Source: Chloroflexota bacterium
GTDB taxonomy: Bacteria > Chloroflexota > UBA11872 > VXOZ01
Length of the DNA stretch: 64,000 bases
Assembly: GCA_963663275.1 (NCBI GenBank)
Contig: OY760183.1
Location: forward strand, 1,056,001-1,120,000
Direction: 5' to 3'
Shown in pieces: positions 58,970-64,000 of the stretch. Numbering within the stretch: position 1 is the first letter of the stretch; each line of letters opens with the position of its first letter. The notes under the pieces were generated by a model that saw nothing but the letters and a program-made list of their open reading frames with translations, made no database searches and had not been told where the DNA came from. Made by a program: the position numbers and the translations under genes.

Positions 58970-59902
58970 TTATCCTGAGGCTTGATCGAAGGCATCGCTG
59001 AAGAAGGCGGCCACGCGGTCCACGTAGGGCGCGCCCACCGTGGCGTGGGAGCGGCCGTGGCCGGCGTCGGGCACGATCCAGATCTCCTTCGGCCCGGCGG
59101 CGGCTAGGTAGAGTTGGTAGGCGTCCTGCACGTAGACCACGTCATCTTCCGTGCCGTGAATGATAAGCAGCGGGCACGGGGCGGTCCGCGCGACGCGCGT
59201 CAACGGCTGCACCGCATTGAGCACCTCATCGCGTCTTTCACCGGCAAAGCGGCTGGCAAACCAGACCGTGGGCGCGCGAAAGATCGAGGGCGGCAGACCG
59301 GCGATGCGCCGGAAGCCGTGGTCGATGGCGCCTCGCAGCGTGGCAAACGCGCTATCGGTCACCAGGGCGCGCACGCCGAGGCTTGGCTCGAGCGTAAGCA
59401 GCGCCGTGGCCCCGCCCATGGAGACGCCGTACACGCCGATGCGGTCCGGGTCCACGTCCGGCCGTGACCGGAGATAGGCCAACGCTCCTCGCAGGTCGCT
59501 CTGCTCCCGCAATCCCAACGTGGTCGCTTCGCCTTCGCTCGCCCCGCAGCCGCGAAAGTCCAGCAGCAGGCTCTGGAAGCCCCGTTGGTAGAGGTCGTAC
59601 GCCAGGTGCACCAGGCCGAAGTGGTTCGTGCCGAAGCCGTGCAGCAGCAGCACCGTGCCCGGGGGCCGCGGATGCGCCAGAAACCACCCGGCAAGCCGCA
59701 CGCCGTCGGCGGCGGGAAGCGCCAGCGGTTCCAGCGGAGGCTCGAAGTCGGGGAGTTCCAGGAACCGCCAGCCGCGATCGGGGTGAATCAGGGTCTCACC
59801 CGTGCGCGCGGATATGACCAGCACCACGCCGGCCGCGCCCACTGCGGCCAAGCCGGCCAGCACGAGAATCTGCGCTAAATTTTCGGCCAGCGCCTGCGTC
59901 AC
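58970..59902 (-). CDS. Alpha/beta hydrolase with N-terminal membrane anchor
   Basis: LLHGFG, DFRGCGAS, GVSMGG nucleophile elbow, IHGTED, AGHG. Confidence 0.9.
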   Translation of the reverse strand: MTQALAENLAQILVLAGLAAVGAAGVVLVISARTGETLIHPDRGWRFLELPDFEPPLEPLALPAADGVRLAGWFLAHPRPPGTVLLLHGFGTNHFGLVHLAYDLYQRGFQSLLLDFRGCGASEGEATTLGLREQSDLRGALAYLRSRPDVDPDRIGVYGVSMGGATALLTLEPSLGVRALVTDSAFATLRGAIDHGFRRIAGLPPSIFRAPTVWFASRFAGERRDEVLNAVQPLTRVARTAPCPLLIIHGTEDDVVYVQDAYQLYLAAAGPKEIWIVPDAGHGRSHATVGAPYVDRVAAFFSDAFDQASG

Positions 59903-60154
59903 GCTCTTCCACTTTCTCCATGATTGCCCCGGGGTGGAGGCCGCGTCCCGCACTCATCGTACCAGCGTTTGCGGGCGCGGCACAGATGCCGCCTTGGCGC
60001 TTGCGACCGGTCGCGCCGCCAAGAAGCCCGTTCGTCCTTCGACACGCTCAGGACGAACGGGCTCGTTGGCAGCCCGCAGAGCGGAACATGCGCGGCCTGG
60101 TTCGAACGGGCGCGGCGCGTTTGGATCGGGCGGCATGGGAAGAACGCGCGCCGC

Positions 60155-60826
60155 TTAGCAGGCGAGCGCGTCCGGCAGCGCGGCGACGCTGGGGATGACG
60201 GCGCTAACCGCGTGCGCGGCGAAGTCCGCGCGCGGCGTGACGCCGGAGAGCACGGCGATGAAGTGCGCGCGCGCCCGCCGGGCGGCCGCGGCGTCGGTCA
60301 CGCTGTCCCCCACGTAGCAGGTGGTTGACGGCACGCCGCCCAGGGCCGACATGGCCGCCAACAGCCCTTCGGGATCCGGCTTAGCGGCGGTTACGTCCTC
60401 CCGGCCGACGACCACGTCGAAGTCTCCGCGCAGGTCTTCCCGCTCCAGCACGTGCTCGACCCGGTAGCGAAACTTGGAGGAGACGATGCCCAGAGCAAAC
60501 CCGCGCCGCCTGAGGGCTGTCACCGCCGCGGCTACGTACGGGAAGATCACCGTGTGGTCGGCCATGATGGCGTCCGCGCGCTGGATGAAGAGGCGGTCGA
60601 ACGCTTTGCCGGCGGTGATGAAACGCTCTTCCGGTATGCTCCCGCCGACGATGCGCGCGAAAGCGTCCTCCAGCGAAAGGCCGATGGTGCGCCGGATAAC
60701 GTCCGGCGCGGCGGCCGGCAATCCCAGCGCCTCCAAGGCAAAGTTCGTACAGGCGATGACGCCGGGAGAAGAGTCCGCCAAGGTGTAGTCGAAGTCGAAC
60801 AAGATCGTTCGCACATGGGATGGCAC
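60155..60826 (-). CDS. HAD-family hydrolase (phosphoglycolate phosphatase-like)
   Basis: FDFDYTLADS, GIVSSK, KPDPE, YVGDSVTD. Confidence 0.92.
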   Translation of the reverse strand: MPSHVRTILFDFDYTLADSSPGVIACTNFALEALGLPAAAPDVIRRTIGLSLEDAFARIVGGSIPEERFITAGKAFDRLFIQRADAIMADHTVIFPYVAAAVTALRRRGFALGIVSSKFRYRVEHVLEREDLRGDFDVVVGREDVTAAKPDPEGLLAAMSALGGVPSTTCYVGDSVTDAAAARRARAHFIAVLSGVTPRADFAAHAVSAVIPSVAALPDALAC

Positions 60827-60879
60827 GGTGAATCAAGGGAGATTTCGGGTTACTCAATGCGGCGCTTAGGAATACGCGC

Positions 60880-61452
60880 CTATGTTCTACTGGTTACGTG
60901 GAGTATTTCAAGATGGCTAGGCGATGCTCCCGCGGCCTTCCTAAAGTCTCTGTCAGTAGTGACGAATGTCCCCGCATGCGCCTCGGCCAAAGCGAGGTGA
61001 AGCGCGTCGTCCGGCGTAAGATCGAGATCGCGCATGTAGCGTATTGCCGCTGTGGTCATCGCAGGGGTAAACGAGGTGTTATCCGGGACGACGTTCACCG
61101 GATGACCGGCATTTCGCCAGTCGTGGACTGCTTGCCCAACGCCTTCTATCCGATGGCTGTGATTCTGGAAGGCAGACGCTCTCCATCTACGATAGGCGCC
61201 CCTGGAGAAGTGCGCGCTGCTCGGTTGCCTATTGAATGCGCAATAGGAGTGCTTGAACATTCCCCACCAGGCTTCTTGCAGCGTGATCATGGAAACGAGG
61301 ATAGGTGCGCCAGCGCCGATTAGTTCCCCAATGATCATGGTGCAACTAGGATAGAGTGGATGGTCGTTTGCCACGTAGCCAACGAGCACGTTGGCATCAA
61401 GGTAAACGGGCGGTTGAAACGAATGACCCGGCTGCCAAGGCGTAACGAACAT
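60880..61452 (-). CDS. PIN-domain (VapC-like) ribonuclease
   Basis: YLDANVL, TLQEA, PDDALHLALA, FVTTDRDF acidic tetrad; lower GC. Confidence 0.85.
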   Translation of the reverse strand: MFVTPWQPGHSFQPPVYLDANVLVGYVANDHPLYPSCTMIIGELIGAGAPILVSMITLQEAWWGMFKHSYCAFNRQPSSAHFSRGAYRRWRASAFQNHSHRIEGVGQAVHDWRNAGHPVNVVPDNTSFTPAMTTAAIRYMRDLDLTPDDALHLALAEAHAGTFVTTDRDFRKAAGASPSHLEILHVTSRT

Positions 61453-61453
61453 C

Positions 61454-61825
61454 CTAGTAGTCCGGGGGTGTGGTAAGTTCCGTCACGTCGAGTCCGGGGA
61501 AGCCGGGAACCACACCCATGTGTCGCACATACGCCAAGAACAATGCCGGTGACATTCGTTGGCGATAGTAATCGAGGTCTATCTCGCCGAACCGCCGCTG
61601 GTACTCTGACTTCCTTACGTAGTAATCCGGGGCGACCCTGACCCACGGCTCTTTCTGCGTAGACGTATCCTTAGCAGCGACACCTGCCTGGGCCATCCTC
61701 AAGAAACGGTCAATGTCCCATGGGCTGTCAGCACTCTTCGAACTAAATGGGCTTGCTGGCAGCCCCTCCTCCTGGACAGTCAGTTCACTGTCTAGCTTCA
61801 AGATAGACATGGAATCTGTAGACAT
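61454..61825 (-). CDS. Hypothetical protein (candidate antitoxin)
   Basis: 123 aa between coupled genes (TAATG overlap upstream, 1-nt gap downstream). Confidence 0.6.
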   Translation of the reverse strand: MSTDSMSILKLDSELTVQEEGLPASPFSSKSADSPWDIDRFLRMAQAGVAAKDTSTQKEPWVRVAPDYYVRKSEYQRRFGEIDLDYYRQRMSPALFLAYVRHMGVVPGFPGLDVTELTTPPDY

Positions 61826-62502
61826 TACTCTCCTGCCGTATTGCTGATATCAGACATTACCCGCTTCACTGCGTTCTCTTGCCATGCTCGGGCATCCTCA
61901 AGTACAGATCCCAAATCCCGGGCATTGAATGCCATCTCGACATTCCACTCGAATCCCAAACCAATGAAGAGAAACTGATCAGGCACAGATTCTCTAGGCC
62001 AGCGAAGGATTGTCTTCTGTAACTGGTCTTGCTCCATCGGGCCGATCTGGACATGTTTCAGTACATGGCCTTCGTGTTGGTCAAGAGTTACACCTACATC
62101 TGTTGCCTGTTCAACGAGTTGGGTATTCTGAAGATACGTCCGTCGTACGAGCAAACATAGTTCCTGAAACGACATCTCATGCGGTTGAATGAAGATAGAG
62201 TTTATTCGAACTTGCACTAGAGTTGGGAATGGCGAAGCGCAATCCAAGTCTGAGAAGGCCTGCAACGCGTTCTCAAATACTAAATCGATCGGTTCAGCTC
62301 CTTCTTGCTCGAACGAGAATTCGCGCATGTTAAAGCCGATTCGTTGCTTTTTCTGTTCGTGCCCAAAATACGTAGGTTCGCCCTTCAGATCTGCGTTCTC
62401 ATCACCGCTCGCAATCCGAAATAGATCGCGCACCTCTAACCAAGGCCGCAATTCTTCCGTAAAAGCCAGTCGAATAAGTGTCTTTACAAGCTCTACAGCC
62501 AT
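61825..62502 (-). CDS. Hypothetical protein resembling the TIGR04255 family
   Basis: 225 aa, GAGGAG RBS; alpha/beta pattern with VQVRINSIFI and LFIGLGFEW strands; family assignment is inference. Confidence 0.5.
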   Translation of the reverse strand: MAVELVKTLIRLAFTEELRPWLEVRDLFRIASGDENADLKGEPTYFGHEQKKQRIGFNMREFSFEQEGAEPIDLVFENALQAFSDLDCASPFPTLVQVRINSIFIQPHEMSFQELCLLVRRTYLQNTQLVEQATDVGVTLDQHEGHVLKHVQIGPMEQDQLQKTILRWPRESVPDQFLFIGLGFEWNVEMAFNARDLGSVLEDARAWQENAVKRVMSDISNTAGE

Positions 62503-62859
62503 TGTCTCCTCGCTACGGCTTCCCCCGTTCTTTTGCAGGGAAACTCGAACCACTCCCAAGCCATCATGACCCAGCAATACTAACGCCAGTTATTTTGCAT
62601 TACAAGTGCCTCTTGAGAAGGAAAGCAATCTAGGGTTGTGCGCAGTCCGAACTTACTGCTGCTATGGTCACTTCTCAAGACTGGGTCTAATCCTCCGCTT
62701 TTCGCATCTCACCCAGTTCCTGTAAAGACACGTTGATATCAATTGATGGCGAGCGGCTCGTCTCAATAAGTCAAATTGCTTGTAAACCGTGATTCCGCAA
62801 GCTACGTATTGCCTGGAAGACTTGCAACTAGTGCTTGTCGTTTCCAATGAATCCCAGGA

Positions 62860-64000
62860 CTACGTAGTTCGCGGGGTCGGGGTGGCTTGGGCGGCGTTGA
62901 GTTGCATTTGGATGGCGTTTTGGGTGTCGATAGCGGCCTGGTGGGCGGTGGTTTGGCCGGTGAGGACGGGGAATATCAGGGAGGCCATGACGAGGAACGC
63001 CAGCCATTCCGGCGCATCGGCGTCGATGTACCGGCTCTGCTCCATACTCTCCACCAGCATGAGCGAGTCATTGACCGTAAGCGTCCGGTGGATGGTACGC
63101 AGCGCCTCCGCGCTGGTGCGCAGGGCCGGCAAGCTGAGGGTTTGGGCCGCGGCTTGCGCCAGCGGGTAGAGCGCCTCGTAGGCCGCGTCTGGCCGGCTGC
63201 CCGCCTCCGCGATGCCTACCATGTGTTCCACCAGCCCCCACGTGGCTGCTTCATTGCCCCGCGGCAGCGTGGCGAGTTCCAGCGGCGCGCGTCCGGCGCG
63301 ACGCCAGAAGGGTTCCGCTCTCACCAGGGCGCCCGCCATGCCAATCTGGCCGGAGAGCAGCATGTCTTCGGCCTTGTTCGTAAGGTTGAGCGTCAGATTG
63401 TCCGCGCGATAGTTTACCAGGCTCAGCGGCGGCGCGACTTCATGGGTCAGGATGAGATCCGCCTGAAATTGCAGCGCGGCGATGACGGCGGGGTGCGTCA
63501 CGTCCCATTCGCGGTCCTGGAAGAGCGTACTCCCCTCTTGCCAGGCCAGGGCAAAGAACGGCGGCACCAGCGGCGTTTGCAACACGCCCCAAACGCGGGG
63601 CGTACCGGTCGCGTCATTCAGCGACCGCGCCAGCGCGAGAAAATCCGTCAAGCGCCAATTCGCCTCCGGCAGCGGCGTACTCGTCTGCTTGAAGAGCGCG
63701 GGGTTATAGAGCAGGGTGCAGACCCCCGCGGAGAGCGGGAGGGCGTGCAGCGTGCCCCGGTACGCGCCGCTGCTCAGAATGTGCGGCCAGTAGCGATCGG
63801 TGGAGAAATCAAAGTCGCGGCGGGTGTACTCGGTCAGCGCGCGCGTCACGCCCTGCGCCGCCAGGGTAGGCAGCGCGAATTGATCCATCCAGACGAGATC
63901 GGGGCTGGTACCGGCGGCCGCGAGTTGCGTGACGGCTTCCGAGTAGGTCTGGCCGCCGGTGGGCCGCAGCGGCGTCTGCTTAACCTCATGCGCCGCCGCG
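62860..64000 (-). CDS. Extracellular solute-binding protein (family 1), 5' part beyond window
   Basis: Frame open to the window edge; PDLVWMD, LHALPL, LLYNPALFK, WRLTDFLALARSL. Confidence 0.82.
   Translation of the reverse strand, partial: AAAHEVKQTPLRPTGGQTYSEAVTQLAAAGTSPDLVWMDQFALPTLAAQGVTRALTEYTRRDFDFSTDRYWPHILSSGAYRGTLHALPLSAGVCTLLYNPALFKQTSTPLPEANWRLTDFLALARSLNDATGTPRVWGVLQTPLVPPFFALAWQEGSTLFQDREWDVTHPAVIAALQFQADLILTHEVAPPLSLVNYRADNLTLNLTNKAEDMLLSGQIGMAGALVRAEPFWRRAGRAPLELATLPRGNEAATWGLVEHMVGIAEAGSRPDAAYEALYPLAQAAAQTLSLPALRTSAEALRTIHRTLTVNDSLMLVESMEQSRYIDADAPEWLAFLVMASLIFPVLTGQTTAHQAAIDTQNAIQMQLNAAQATPTPRTT

Overview
High-GC bacterial chromosomal segment, most likely Chloroflexota (inferred from gene style and a Chloroflexi-like N-terminal domain at 39.2-39.4 kb). 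Housekeeping blocks: recA 3' end-secD-hisS-hisG-secF, alr, folP, tRNA-Pro(GGG) and aroE-aroC-aroK-aroB. These are mixed with carbohydrate/redox catabolic genes and a sulfur-trafficking region (Rrf2-MoeB-JAB, Fe-S-type LarE, YeeE/YeeD). Lower-GC inserts carry a type II restriction-modification pair, a DUF6978/DUF1828-like gene pair and a translationally coupled TIGR04255-like/hypothetical/PIN triad; these are candidate defence or toxin-antitoxin systems. The most striking structure is non-coding: at least six families of short palindromic (REP-like) repeats, tandem REP arrays, and two MITE families with terminal inverted repeats (TIRs) and 4-5 bp target site duplications (TSDs) that nest inside each other's hairpins. 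Two 1194-bp IS4-family copies both inserted at the same point of a GTAG-REP hairpin with 11-bp duplications, and one palindrome has been captured in-frame and amplified inside the HisRS coding sequence. Family names are assigned from motif recognition only; no database search was run.
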